Part shown: in pieces, positions 28,058 through 37,689 of the stretch | Layout: each line of letters opens with the position of its first letter | Numbering within the stretch: the stretch's first letter is position 1 | DNA from: an uncultured Verrucomicrobiota bacterium | Lineage (GTDB): Bacteria > Verrucomicrobiota > Verrucomicrobiia > Palsa-1439 | DNA length: 64,000 nt | Assembly (NCBI GenBank): GCA_964566575.1 | Contig: CAZMKD010000260.1 | Span: 521-64,520, forward strand | Direction: 5' to 3' | Translations under genes and position numbers: made by a program | The notes under the pieces: generated by a model | Database searches by the model: none | The model's input: the letters and a program-made list of their open reading frames with translations, nothing else | Told to the model about the DNA's origin: nothing

Positions 28058-29254
28058 ATGAATGTCGCCCTTGTTGAACAGGCTTTTCAGACCGGTCGGT
28101 TGCTGCATCCGATTTGCGACCGCCCCAGCTTTCTTGATTTGACGGTGGCGGTAGCTAAGGGAGCGGGAGTCACGCTGCCGGGTGCTTCGGTAAAATCGGC
28201 AGTCGTCTCCGATTTCATTGGTGAGGCGGAGCATCTGGTGTTTGTGCTGGTGGATGGGATGGGGTGGACGCTGCTGGATGGGTTGCCGCCCGACGCTTTT
28301 CTGCGCTCCCAACGGATGATGGAACTGCGGGCCGTTTTCCCATCGACCACGGCTTGCGCGTTGACCACTGTTACCACGGGACTGTGGCCCGGTCAGCATG
28401 GCGTGCCGGGCTGGTGGGTTTACCTGGAAGAGCGCAATCTATCAGTCATTACGCTACCGTTTCAGGAGCGGTTTGCGGAAACGCCTTTGGAGAAAACCGA
28501 TGTCTTGCCAGCCGAAATCTGGCCGTTCAATCCGTGGATGAAGAACTCGGTGCGGGATTCGTTGTCGATCATGTCGCATTGGTTTTCTGAGTCGACTTTC
28601 TCACGTTATTCGCGCGGCAACACGCCGGGCTTGGGCTACAAGATGATCGCGGGAGCTGTGGACATGATCCTCGACCGCGTCGGGCGCGTCACGGAGCGAA
28701 GTTACACACACCTGTATCTGCCGGAGTTTGATTCGGACTGCCATCGTTAAGGGGTGGCGAGCGCCGCGGCTGCGCGAACGTTGGCGCATGTAAACGCGGA
28801 ACTGGAACGGCTGGCGACCGGCATCCGCAGCCGGGCGCGGTTGGTGATCAGCGCGGACCACAGTCATGCGGATGTGCTGGAGCCGAACCGGCGGAACATT
28901 CTGAACGGCGATCCATTACTCGAATTGCTGAAAGCCCCGCCAACGGGGGAGCCGCGTGTGCCATTGTTTCATGTCCGTGACGGGTGTCAGGCGGCTTTCG
29001 AAGAACTATTTCAGAAGCGGTTCGGCGATGACTTCGTGTTATTGCCAATGGCCCAGGTCGAGTCATTGAAACTGCTCGGCCCCCAGCCGTTGTCACCTTT
29101 GGCCCGGCACCGTTTCGGCGACTATCTCGGTATCGCCCTGCAGCCGCAGATGCTTAAATACAAATCTTCCAAACCGACGACCAAACCGGAGAATATCGGC
29201 CATCATGCCGGATTGTTCCCGGCGGAGATGCGGATTCCCCTGATCGTGGTGTGA
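28058..29254 (+). pseudogene. Alkaline-phosphatase-superfamily (type I phosphodiesterase/nucleotide pyrophosphatase-like) gene with an in-frame TAA at 28748..28750.
   Basis: VLVDGMGW metal site at the N-terminus. Track ORFs 28058..28750 and 28754..29254 are in the same frame, separated by TAA+GGG. The junction YLPEFDSDCHR*GVASAAAAR places the stop at the residue right after the His of the metal-binding DSDCHR motif, where an AP-superfamily-like D-x-x-x-H-x-(Y/F)-G pattern would be expected (uncertain). Confidence 0.7.
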
Positions 29255-29260
29255 CGCGGC

Positions 29261-30874
29261 TTGGCGCTGACAATTTTCTTCCCAAACCCGGTCCGTCCAC
29301 CGCACAATGCCAGCGTGAATCTTTTGCTCGCCGCGATCGCGGTCGTGGTGTTGGCATTCGCCGGCGTGGGTCTGCTGCGATTGGTCTGGCCGGCAATCAC
29401 GACGGTGCCGCGTCCGGCCCGATTGGCAATTGGCTACTGTGCCGGTTGCTGGCTGGTCACGATGCTTTTCTTCGGCGCGTATCTGGCTGGCATCTCATTT
29501 TCACGCTGGTTGGTCATCGCACCTATGGCGGTGCTGGCGGTCGTTGCGTTGCCGGGTTTTCGTGGCGCCAAATTCCGATGGGAATGGCCGGCACTGCTGC
29601 CGGCAGCGCTTTGTCTCCTCGCGCTGGTGTTGTCGTGGTCGCGGCCAGTCTATGGGTACGACGCGGTGATGATGTGGGCGCTGAAGGCAAAGATGGCATT
29701 CTTCGCGCGGACGTGGCCGGCAACGATGTTTGATCCGTTCACGACGGCGCACACGGAGTATCCGCCGTTGATCCCGACCGCGCAGACGTTCGCGTTTTTC
29801 TGGCTCGGACAATTCGACGATGTGGCGTCGCGCGTGGTGTTCGCGGCGTTCTTCGCGTCGGGGGCGGCAATCTTGTGGTGGCTGCTCGGGCAGTTGCAGG
29901 TGAAACTCCGGTGGGCGTGGGTCACGTGGTGGTGCGCTTTGCCGGTGATGATGGAGCAAGTCAAACTCACCTACGCTGATATGCCGCTGGCGGTGTATCT
30001 GTTGGTTTTCTACGGCGCAATGGTCGCGTGGCTGCACGAGCCGGCACGACGCGAGTGGTTGTGGCTGGCCGGTCTCTTCGGCGGGATGGCGTTCTGGGCA
30101 AAACAGGACGCGTTGCTGGGCGTGGGAGCCGGCATCGCAGCGTTGGTGGTACTCCGACAATGGCGTGCGTGGCCGGTGTTGTTGCTGCCGGTTTTCTTGG
30201 GGTTACCATGGCAAATGTTCGTCTGGGCGAAAGATCTGCCGAGCGATTTCGCGCTGAAGTTCGATGACATGCCGCAGAAGACAGCGCATGTGGCGGCAGC
30301 GTTATTGCACCAGGCGATTGACGGAGGCGCGTATGGGTGGTTTTGGGTGATTCTCGTTCTCGTTCCAGTTTGCCGTTGGCGAACGTTGCCACAAGTGAGT
30401 TGGCTCGCCGTTTCGTCGCTTCTGGGAGTGGTCGGCATTTTCGCGGTGTACTGGTTCTCGACGCCCGACGTGCCGGCGTTGTTGCAGACATCGCTGGAGC
30501 GGGTGCTCTTGAACGTATTCGTGCCGGCATTGCTGCTGGTCGCGTTGATGTGGCCGGAGACGCGATTTTTCCCGCGTGTGCTCGCGGTGGTGACGGTGTG
30601 GCTGGGACTGGTCATGGTTTACCAGCACACGCGGGCATGCGTGGAGTTACACCGGGAGTTCGGCGGCATGACGGTCGCGCAACAACACGTGCAGGCAGTC
30701 GAGCCAACACTAGCGAGGGAAATTGCCGGGGCATTAGAGCGATATCCGACGGGTACGCACGTCTGCGTATTGCCGAAGCGGTCGTTGTGGCGGCACAGGT
30801 TTTACTACGAGACTTATCCATATCTGATAGTTGATAGTTCCGCGACGACTGTAATTGAACTTGTGATCAAGTGA
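29261..30874 (+). CDS. Polytopic membrane protein, putative GT-C-fold glycosyltransferase (537 aa).
   Basis: At least 11 hydrophobic segments. First-loop motif YGYDAVMMWALKAKM. C-terminal soluble domain. Confidence 0.7.
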   Translation: MALTIFFPNPVRPPHNASVNLLLAAIAVVVLAFAGVGLLRLVWPAITTVPRPARLAIGYCAGCWLVTMLFFGAYLAGISFSRWLVIAPMAVLAVVALPGFRGAKFRWEWPALLPAALCLLALVLSWSRPVYGYDAVMMWALKAKMAFFARTWPATMFDPFTTAHTEYPPLIPTAQTFAFFWLGQFDDVASRVVFAAFFASGAAILWWLLGQLQVKLRWAWVTWWCALPVMMEQVKLTYADMPLAVYLLVFYGAMVAWLHEPARREWLWLAGLFGGMAFWAKQDALLGVGAGIAALVVLRQWRAWPVLLLPVFLGLPWQMFVWAKDLPSDFALKFDDMPQKTAHVAAALLHQAIDGGAYGWFWVILVLVPVCRWRTLPQVSWLAVSSLLGVVGIFAVYWFSTPDVPALLQTSLERVLLNVFVPALLLVALMWPETRFFPRVLAVVTVWLGLVMVYQHTRACVELHREFGGMTVAQQHVQAVEPTLAREIAGALERYPTGTHVCVLPKRSLWRHRFYYETYPYLIVDSSATTVIELVIK

Positions 30875-30919
30875 GCCGGCAGGCTTGACTGGCCGGAACG
30901 TTTCACACAGAATCGTGCC

Positions 30920-31702
30920 ATGCAACCAGCATCCGGACTTCTGCAAGGCAAGACGGGCATCGTCTTCGGCGTCGCCAACAAGCGTTCCATCGCGTGGGCC
31001 ATCGCGCAAGCGTGGCACGAGGCGGGCGCGCGCCTGGCGTTTACCTATCAAGGCGAACGGCTCAAGGAAAACGTCGAGGAACTCGCCGGCACATTTGGCA
31101 AGGACACTCCGCTGTATTCGTGCGATGTGACCCGAGACGAAGATATCGCCCGGGTGTTTGAAAGCGTCGGCAAAGACTTCGGCAAGCTCGACGTCCTACT
31201 GCACTCGGTTGCGTATGCCCCGAAGGAAGCGCTCGAAGGAAGTTTCCTCGACACTTCCCGGGAAGCATTTCGCGTCGCGCAGGATGTCAGTGCCTATTCG
31301 TTGGTCGCCCTTACCCGGGACGCCGCGCCGTTGATGAGCAATGGCGGCTCGATCATCGCCATGACCTACTACGGCGCAGTGAAAGTCGTGCCGCATTACA
31401 ATGTGATGGGAGTTGCCAAGGCATCCCTCGAAGCCAGCGTGCGATACCTCGCCTACGACCTTGGCCCTAGGAAGATTCGAGTCAACGCTATTAGTGCTGG
31501 CCCCGTCAACACGCTCGCCGCCCGGGGCATCGCTGGTTTCACGCAGATGCTAAAGCACTACGAAGAACACACTCCAATGAAGCGGAATCTTGAGCCCAAG
31601 GAACTCGGTTCGACTGGGCTCTTTCTGGCAAGTGACATGTCCACAGCCACAACCGGCCAAGTTATCTATGTCGATTGTGGCTATGAAGTGATGGGCATGT
31701 AG
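30920..31702 (+). CDS. fabI: Enoyl-[acyl-carrier-protein] reductase (NADH).
   Basis: GKTGIVFGVANKRSIAWAIA. Catalytic Y-x6-K (MTYYGAVKVVPHYNVMGVAKASLE). 260 aa. Confidence 0.92.
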   Translation: MQPASGLLQGKTGIVFGVANKRSIAWAIAQAWHEAGARLAFTYQGERLKENVEELAGTFGKDTPLYSCDVTRDEDIARVFESVGKDFGKLDVLLHSVAYAPKEALEGSFLDTSREAFRVAQDVSAYSLVALTRDAAPLMSNGGSIIAMTYYGAVKVVPHYNVMGVAKASLEASVRYLAYDLGPRKIRVNAISAGPVNTLAARGIAGFTQMLKHYEEHTPMKRNLEPKELGSTGLFLASDMSTATTGQVIYVDCGYEVMGM

Positions 31703-31736
31703 AAAGTTCTGCTCGGCCTCACCCCACCGTTGAAGT

Positions 31737-31770
31737 CTGGACAGTCTTTGACATGTCCAAGACTGTTCAG
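31737..31770. promoter_or_regulatory. 34-nt near-perfect palindrome (30/34), candidate operator, within a 280-bp region carrying seven TGGACA/ACATGT-containing repeats upstream of the sigma54 enhancer-binding protein gene.
   Basis: CTGGACAGTCTTTGACATGTCCAAGACTGTTCAG. Further copies: TTGACATGTCG (31783), TTGACATTAA (31809), TGAACAtgtTGTTCA (31835), AACATGTTCTGGACACATCG (31901), TTGGACATGACA overlapping the start codon (31982). Confidence 0.5.
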
Positions 31771-31988
31771 TTCCGAGTCGATTGACATGTCGCATTGAGC
31801 TGGCAAGCCTTGACATTAAAGCTGTCGGTGGCTATGAACATGTTGTTCAACGAAATGCCCTATGTGCTAGATGAGTCAACCAATGGCTTGGAACGTGCTT
31901 AACATGTTCTGGACACATCGCAAACACAATGCATACGCATGGCCGTCAATTGGTTAGCAGGTGATGGAGATTCAGAAGAAGATTGGAC

Positions 31989-33383
31989 ATGACAAGAGCG
32001 AAGATCCTAATCATTGACCATGATGCTTCCTGGACTTTGACAGTGTCCGAACTGCTAATCAAAGACACTTATGAGGTTTTCTCCGCAAACTCTCCCAAAG
32101 ATGCCATTCTCTTGCTAGGGGTTCATAACATCGATCTGATGATCGCCGACGTGAACATGCCCGGCCAAGATGGGATGACCCTGCTGGAGCAGCTCAGGCA
32201 GATGCACCCCCATACCGCAGTGATTGTCCACACTGAGAAGACGTCGATCTCACAGGCAGTTCAAGCCACGCGGCTGGGTGCTTATGACTACATCGAGAAG
32301 CTGAACGAACCGGAGGCACTCACTTCCTTGCGGGAAAAGGTGCGGCGCTCTGTGCAGCAACATGGAACACTCTTGTCCGCGTCGCCCGGTGATCCTCGCA
32401 CTCGAGGAATGCTCGCCGCGCCGACGCAGGGATTTTACGGCATCATCAGCCAGAATGACCGGATGCGGGACATCTTCGAGTTGATTCAAACCATCGCGGA
32501 CAGTTTTGCCAACATTCTCGTTCACGGAGAAACCGGTACCGGCAAGGAACTCGTGGCTCGTGCTGTTCATGAAGCCAGCGCCCGACACGGCAAGCCGTTC
32601 ATCACGTTGGATTGCTCGGCGTTGGCCCGGGAACTCCTCGAAAGCGAGTTGTTCGGTCACGAGAAGGGCGCATTTACCGGGGCGACGGACCGCCATATTG
32701 GACGGTTCGAGCGCGCCAACGGCGGCACGCTCTTTCTCGACGAGGTCGCCAATATCGACCGAGCGACCCAAGCGAAACTGCTGCGCGTGTTGCAGACACG
32801 AACCTTCGAGCGCGTCGGTGGACAAAAGTCTATCTCCGTGGATGTGCGAATCATCGCCGCGTCAAATCGTCCGCTGGAACAATTGGTCACTGATGGGACC
32901 TTTCGCGAAGACTTGTATCACCGGCTAAACGTCGTCCAAATCGACCTGCCGACGTTGCGAGAGCGGGCTGTGGATGTGCCGTTGCTGGCGACGGAGTTTT
33001 TGCGGCGGTTCGCCCAGCAGAACAGCAAGGACATGCGAAGCTTCACCGACGGCGCGATGAACATGCTCACCAATTATCACTGGCCTGGCAATGTGCGCGA
33101 ACTGGAAAACGTCGTGTTGCAGGCCGTCGTTCTAGCGAAATCCGCATTCATCGACACCTGCGATTTGCCGAAACGCATCATTCAATCGCCGACCACAGTC
33201 ACGGCGCCGGTAACGGCCGCGCTGGCCGATCAACTGGGCGAGCCGGAACGGCAAATCCTGGTCAATGCCCTGCGTCAGCACGCCGGCAACATCAAGCGTA
33301 CCGCCGAGATGCTCGATATCAGCCGCACGACGCTGTACGCCAAATTGAGGAAATACCAAGTCGATCCCGACGCCATTCGTTAG
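31989..33383 (+). CDS. Sigma-54-dependent Fis-family response regulator (NtrC/AtoC-like enhancer-binding protein).
   Basis: Receiver domain with LMIADVNMPGQDG. AAA+ domain with GETGTGKE Walker A and ESELFGHEKGAFTGA GAFTGA motif. C-terminal Fis-type HTH. The start is probably ATG 31989; the track uses TTG 31983. No histidine kinase is adjacent. Confidence 0.9.
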   Translation: MTRAKILIIDHDASWTLTVSELLIKDTYEVFSANSPKDAILLLGVHNIDLMIADVNMPGQDGMTLLEQLRQMHPHTAVIVHTEKTSISQAVQATRLGAYDYIEKLNEPEALTSLREKVRRSVQQHGTLLSASPGDPRTRGMLAAPTQGFYGIISQNDRMRDIFELIQTIADSFANILVHGETGTGKELVARAVHEASARHGKPFITLDCSALARELLESELFGHEKGAFTGATDRHIGRFERANGGTLFLDEVANIDRATQAKLLRVLQTRTFERVGGQKSISVDVRIIAASNRPLEQLVTDGTFREDLYHRLNVVQIDLPTLRERAVDVPLLATEFLRRFAQQNSKDMRSFTDGAMNMLTNYHWPGNVRELENVVLQAVVLAKSAFIDTCDLPKRIIQSPTTVTAPVTAALADQLGEPERQILVNALRQHAGNIKRTAEMLDISRTTLYAKLRKYQVDPDAIR

Positions 33384-34861
33384 CGGCGCGTGTAGATGAC
33401 CGCAGTTTCGTCGACGTAAATCTGTTTCCAGTCCGCCCGTAACGCCAACAGCGCGTTCAAGCCGTGTTTCGGCGGGAGGATTGTCCAGCCCACCCGGTAT
33501 TTCCCCAACACCGTGTCCCATCCCGACTTCACGTCGTCCACGGTGTTGAATTCCTCGACGAGTTCCCGGCCGTAAAAGTCGTTACGCCCGTCGACGAACA
33601 CCTTGCGTTCCGGCAACTCGAGCATCAAGTAGCCACCCCAGCTGTAGTCATTGAACATCTCGCCCGTCACGGCCGTTGGATTCCCCCGCAACCAGTTGAC
33701 CGCCACGACTGGAAAGCGGTTTGAGAGAATCTCCGTGTCGATCACAGGCGCACCGCCCACGATCTGCGGCTTGGCGCAAATCACCAGCAACGCCGCAACA
33801 GCGAGCCAGACCAATCCGCGCCCGTCCGCTGAACTGTCCAAGACCGTGATTCTCGCGGAAAGCCTTGTCCATACCGACGCGCCGGCAGTCTGCAGATATG
33901 CACTCCAATGTCTCGCAAGGATCGGCGTCGCGACCAATGCAAACACCGGCACATTTCGTGCCGAGTGCAATGCAAAGAAACCCCACACTCCCAACGACAG
34001 CAATTCGGTCGGACGCAACCTCGGCCGCACCACGAGCAAGAGACCGGCAACCACGAGCAACTCCAAAACGAAACCACGCATACCGGTGTTGTGGAAATTG
34101 GGCGAGCGAAACTCATTTGTCAGTCCAGCCAGTGCCGGCGTGCGCAAAAACTCCATAATCTGCGCGTGCAGCATCCATCCGTTGGGATTGATCAACGATG
34201 CCAGCAGACATGCAATCATCACGCCAGCCAGCGTGAGAACTCGTTCGCGCGACAGTGGCCACAGCGCGCCAAGCAAGTAGATACCGATCAGCACCACACC
34301 GGTAAGGAACGCTCCATGCAGGTTCGTCCACAGTACCATCAGCGGCGCGAGCGTGAAGAGCAGTCGATTGCCGGACATCTTACCGTTCTCAAACCGCCAG
34401 AGCTGCCACGCAAAGATTACCGTCAGCAGATGCGTCGTCAGATGTGGACGAGCCAGCCAATGCGTCGAACTCACCAATGCGGCCACCAACACCAATCCGG
34501 TCGACAGAAGCATCTCGCTGCCATCAGCGAGCAGTTGCCGGTGCAAGAGCCACAGCGTCGTCGCGATGAGCGCCGCCGACAACAGCACGATTCCGTTCCA
34601 GCCGGCCGCGCTCCCGGCCGCCGCGAAGATCACTTCGCTCAACCATTCCTTCGAGATCAGCGGCGCCCCGAAGCGCGTGTGGGAGAACTGATCGCGAACG
34701 ATAACAGTCTGATGCCCGATCATCCAGTCGCCGATGCGCCGGTGCAAGCACGGGTCCCCGTCCGCACTGATCATGACTTGCCGCCAATCGCTGAGGACCA
34801 GCCCGAAGAATATCAACAGCCACAGCGCCACGCTGATCGATGGGAGCCAGACGCGTTTCAC
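33380..34861 (-). CDS. STT3/PglB-like GT-C membrane protein, paralog 1 of 3 (oligosaccharyltransferase-like, divergent WWDYG).
   Basis: GTG 34861..34859 overlaps the upstream paralog stop (GTGA at 34858..34861). The 33-aa N-terminus is followed by ISADGDPCLHRR. C-terminal MFNDYSWGGY-x8-K-VF-VDGRNDFYG at 33621..33650. Confidence 0.75.
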   Translation of the reverse strand: MKRVWLPSISVALWLLIFFGLVLSDWRQVMISADGDPCLHRRIGDWMIGHQTVIVRDQFSHTRFGAPLISKEWLSEVIFAAAGSAAGWNGIVLLSAALIATTLWLLHRQLLADGSEMLLSTGLVLVAALVSSTHWLARPHLTTHLLTVIFAWQLWRFENGKMSGNRLLFTLAPLMVLWTNLHGAFLTGVVLIGIYLLGALWPLSRERVLTLAGVMIACLLASLINPNGWMLHAQIMEFLRTPALAGLTNEFRSPNFHNTGMRGFVLELLVVAGLLLVVRPRLRPTELLSLGVWGFFALHSARNVPVFALVATPILARHWSAYLQTAGASVWTRLSARITVLDSSADGRGLVWLAVAALLVICAKPQIVGGAPVIDTEILSNRFPVVAVNWLRGNPTAVTGEMFNDYSWGGYLMLELPERKVFVDGRNDFYGRELVEEFNTVDDVKSGWDTVLGKYRVGWTILPPKHGLNALLALRADWKQIYVDETAVIYTRR

Positions 34862-36237
34862 GGCGACCTCCGACAGAGAACGGTCGCCACTGCGTCGGTG
34901 TACGCCGCTTGCCACGACGGCGCGAGAATCTGGTTCAGCCGGTGGGCGCGCGGCAAGATGGTCCAGCCCACGTTGTACTTCGCGAGCACGGCTTCCCAGC
35001 CAGGGCGGATCTCGTCCACAATGTTAAACTCGTTGATCAATTTCTCGCCGTAGAAGTCCACGCGGCCATCGACAAAAACTTTGTGCTGCGGGAGTGCGAG
35101 AACCAAGTACCCGCCCCACGTCACGTCGTTGAATATCTCGCCACACACCGCCTCCGGATGTTGCCGCACGTACCGGACAGCGTCGACTGGGTATTTGTCC
35201 GCCGGTATTTCCGTTGGCAACCATTTCGGCCCGACCGCCAACGCGACCACGACAGTCACCGCCACCCACGCACCACCACCTTCCCGGCCGGCAAATGTCC
35301 GGTGCCAACGACTCGCGATCGGCTTGGCGAGAATTGGCACGGCAATCAGCGCAAACGCCGGCGCGTTGCGCGCGTTGCGCAGCGCAAGAAAGCCAAACAC
35401 CGAGATGAGCAACATTTCCGTTGCCGTCCACTTCGGGCGGACGATGGCAACTGTCAACGCCAGCATCACGAGCAGGAGGGCCAATCCGATGTGCTTGCGG
35501 AAGCTGGGCGCGGCGTACTCCTGCACGAAATTCACCAGCGCGTCGCTGCGCAAGTACCCGGTCACGTGCTCGTGTAAGTGCCAGCCATTTGGATTGAGCA
35601 ACGACGCCAGTAGACATGCCGCCAGCAAACCGGCGAGACGCCAGTTACCGATAGCGTGAATGGCAATCAGAACAAATGCCGTCACAAACGCACCGTGTAG
35701 ATTCGCCCACAACATCGTCAACGGAACCAGCGCCGCAAACAGCTTTCCGGTGGAGAGCTCATCACGAAGCATACCGGCAAATACGACCGTCAACAAATGC
35801 GTCATCAAATGCGGCCGCGCCAACCAATGCGTCGCGCACACGCTTGCGGCGAGGAGCGTCAGTCCAGTCGCGACCACAGCGTTCCCGCCTTCGCGCAGCA
35901 ACTGCCGGTGCAACCACCACAGTGTCGTCGCAATCAATGCCGCCGACAGCGCGACCGCACCAAACCAGCCGAGCGCGTTCCCGGCCAGCGCGAACGCGAT
36001 CTCACTCAACCACCACATCTCCACCAGTGGCGCCCCGAATCGTGTGTGCGAAAACTCATCAGCCCTCAGAACGGACCGGTGTTCCAGCATCCAGTTGCCT
36101 TGCCGCCAGTGCCAGCAGGGATCACCGTCGGCGCTGATCAATTTGATTCGCTGGCTACTGCAAGTCAGTGCAAGAAAAAACACCAGCCAGACCACCACGC
36201 TCAAAGACGGCCGGCCCCACCACCGTCGCGTGTTCAC
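34858..36237 (-). CDS. STT3/PglB-like GT-C membrane protein, paralog 2 of 3.
   Basis: GTG 36237..36235 overlaps the paralog 3 stop (GTGA). LISADGDPCWHWR. IFNDVTWGGY-x8-K-VF-VDGRVDFYG. Confidence 0.75.
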   Translation of the reverse strand: MNTRRWWGRPSLSVVVWLVFFLALTCSSQRIKLISADGDPCWHWRQGNWMLEHRSVLRADEFSHTRFGAPLVEMWWLSEIAFALAGNALGWFGAVALSAALIATTLWWLHRQLLREGGNAVVATGLTLLAASVCATHWLARPHLMTHLLTVVFAGMLRDELSTGKLFAALVPLTMLWANLHGAFVTAFVLIAIHAIGNWRLAGLLAACLLASLLNPNGWHLHEHVTGYLRSDALVNFVQEYAAPSFRKHIGLALLLVMLALTVAIVRPKWTATEMLLISVFGFLALRNARNAPAFALIAVPILAKPIASRWHRTFAGREGGGAWVAVTVVVALAVGPKWLPTEIPADKYPVDAVRYVRQHPEAVCGEIFNDVTWGGYLVLALPQHKVFVDGRVDFYGEKLINEFNIVDEIRPGWEAVLAKYNVGWTILPRAHRLNQILAPSWQAAYTDAVATVLCRRSP

Positions 36238-37655
36238 TCTTTCCTCCACCAAATCATCGCGACCTCATCTGAGTGTACACAACTCCATCCCTCCCACTCT
36301 GCCAGCGCCAGATTGAGCCGGTGGTTCGTGGGCATGAGCGTCCATTGCACTTGATACTTCTGCAGCGGCTCAACCCAGTTGGGACGTAGCGCCGTTAAAT
36401 CAGCGAATTCGCGGATGAAATCCTCTCCATAAAAATCCGTCCGCCCGTCGACGTACGTCTTGTGCTCCGGCAACGCCTTCATCAAATACCCACCCCAGAT
36501 GTACTGGTTGAACATATTCCCGGTAAACTCCTGCGGATGTTGCCGGATGAACTCAATCGCTCTTACCGGCCAGCGATCTGCCGGCATATCTGTCGGGTGC
36601 GGTGCGAAGATGATAAATGTCGTCGCTGCCGCTAAGACAACCGTCCAGCCCGTGCTCATGTCGTCAATGCGCCGCAACCGCACGGACAAAGATCGCCACC
36701 TTTCCGGCAACACCACCGACCATGACACGGCAAGAATCGGCGCGGTCACAATGACCAACAGCGGGATGTTGCGCCCAGCGTACAATGCAAAGTACGTCCA
36801 CGAAATCAACAGCAACCCATCTGCGGCCGACACGCGTGGGCGACACAGCGTCAGCGTCAGGAAGATCACCGCCAGCCATGCCAGAAACCCGAGCGAGCCA
36901 CCCGAGTGAAAATTCGCCGAACCGTACTCCGCCAGCCAACCGGTCAGGAAGTCCGACCGGAGGAATGCAAGATTGTGCAAGTGCAGCTTCAGGCCGCTCG
37001 GGTTCAACAATGACGCCACCGCGCACAACGCTGCGATGACGGTGAGCGTCTTCACCTCCGGCCACCGACGTTCGATCATAGCGCCGAGCCAGTACGCGCC
37101 GAGCACGAGAAAGCCGGCCAGAAACGCGCCATGCAGATTCACCCATAGCACGGTCAGCACCGGCAAAACCGCGTAGCGGCGCCGGCGCAGAGCTGTGTTC
37201 CACAGCAACATCAACAGGAAACTGAATACGTGGGGACGGGCCAGCCAGTACCCGCAGGCCGCCCACATCGCAAGCACAGCCACCGCTGTCGCGACGATAA
37301 AATCGCTCCCGGCCCGCAGCAGTTGCCCGTGCAGCAAAGCGAAGGTCGTCGCAATGACCAACGCCACCACCACCGCCAAAGCAAACAACCCGGCCACGTG
37401 CGCCGCCGACGCAAAGATGATTTCCGCGAGCCATTCCTTCGAGATGACCGGCTGGCCGAACTTCGTGTGGGAAAACACATCGGTGCGGACGATTTGCCGG
37501 TGCTGCAGCATCCACTCGCCGACGCGCCAGTGCATGCAAGTGTCGCCGTCGCTGGCGACCATCGCGGTGCGCCATGGTTGCGACAGTAGCATCACGACCA
37601 GCAACAGCCACAACCAGTGGCTCACCGACGGCAATAACCAGCGGGTCGCTCGCAT
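36234..37655 (-). CDS. STT3/PglB-like GT-C membrane protein, paralog 3 of 3.
   Basis: ATG 37655. MVASDGDTCMHWR. MFNQYIWGGY-x8-K-TY-VDGRTDFYG. 473 aa. Confidence 0.75.
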   Translation of the reverse strand: MRATRWLLPSVSHWLWLLLVVMLLSQPWRTAMVASDGDTCMHWRVGEWMLQHRQIVRTDVFSHTKFGQPVISKEWLAEIIFASAAHVAGLFALAVVVALVIATTFALLHGQLLRAGSDFIVATAVAVLAMWAACGYWLARPHVFSFLLMLLWNTALRRRRYAVLPVLTVLWVNLHGAFLAGFLVLGAYWLGAMIERRWPEVKTLTVIAALCAVASLLNPSGLKLHLHNLAFLRSDFLTGWLAEYGSANFHSGGSLGFLAWLAVIFLTLTLCRPRVSAADGLLLISWTYFALYAGRNIPLLVIVTAPILAVSWSVVLPERWRSLSVRLRRIDDMSTGWTVVLAAATTFIIFAPHPTDMPADRWPVRAIEFIRQHPQEFTGNMFNQYIWGGYLMKALPEHKTYVDGRTDFYGEDFIREFADLTALRPNWVEPLQKYQVQWTLMPTNHRLNLALAEWEGWSCVHSDEVAMIWWRKE

Positions 37656-37689
37656 TTGCGCGAGAGCTTAGGAACTCACCGCCGAATCT

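Noticed and set aside
33908-37611. Long plus-strand and alternative-frame ORFs (33908..35053, 35081..35659, 35660..36316, 36664..37611 and others).
   Set aside because: They are antisense or out-of-frame to the three conserved OST-like paralogs. They are R/Q/H-rich and lack hydrophobic or domain structure.
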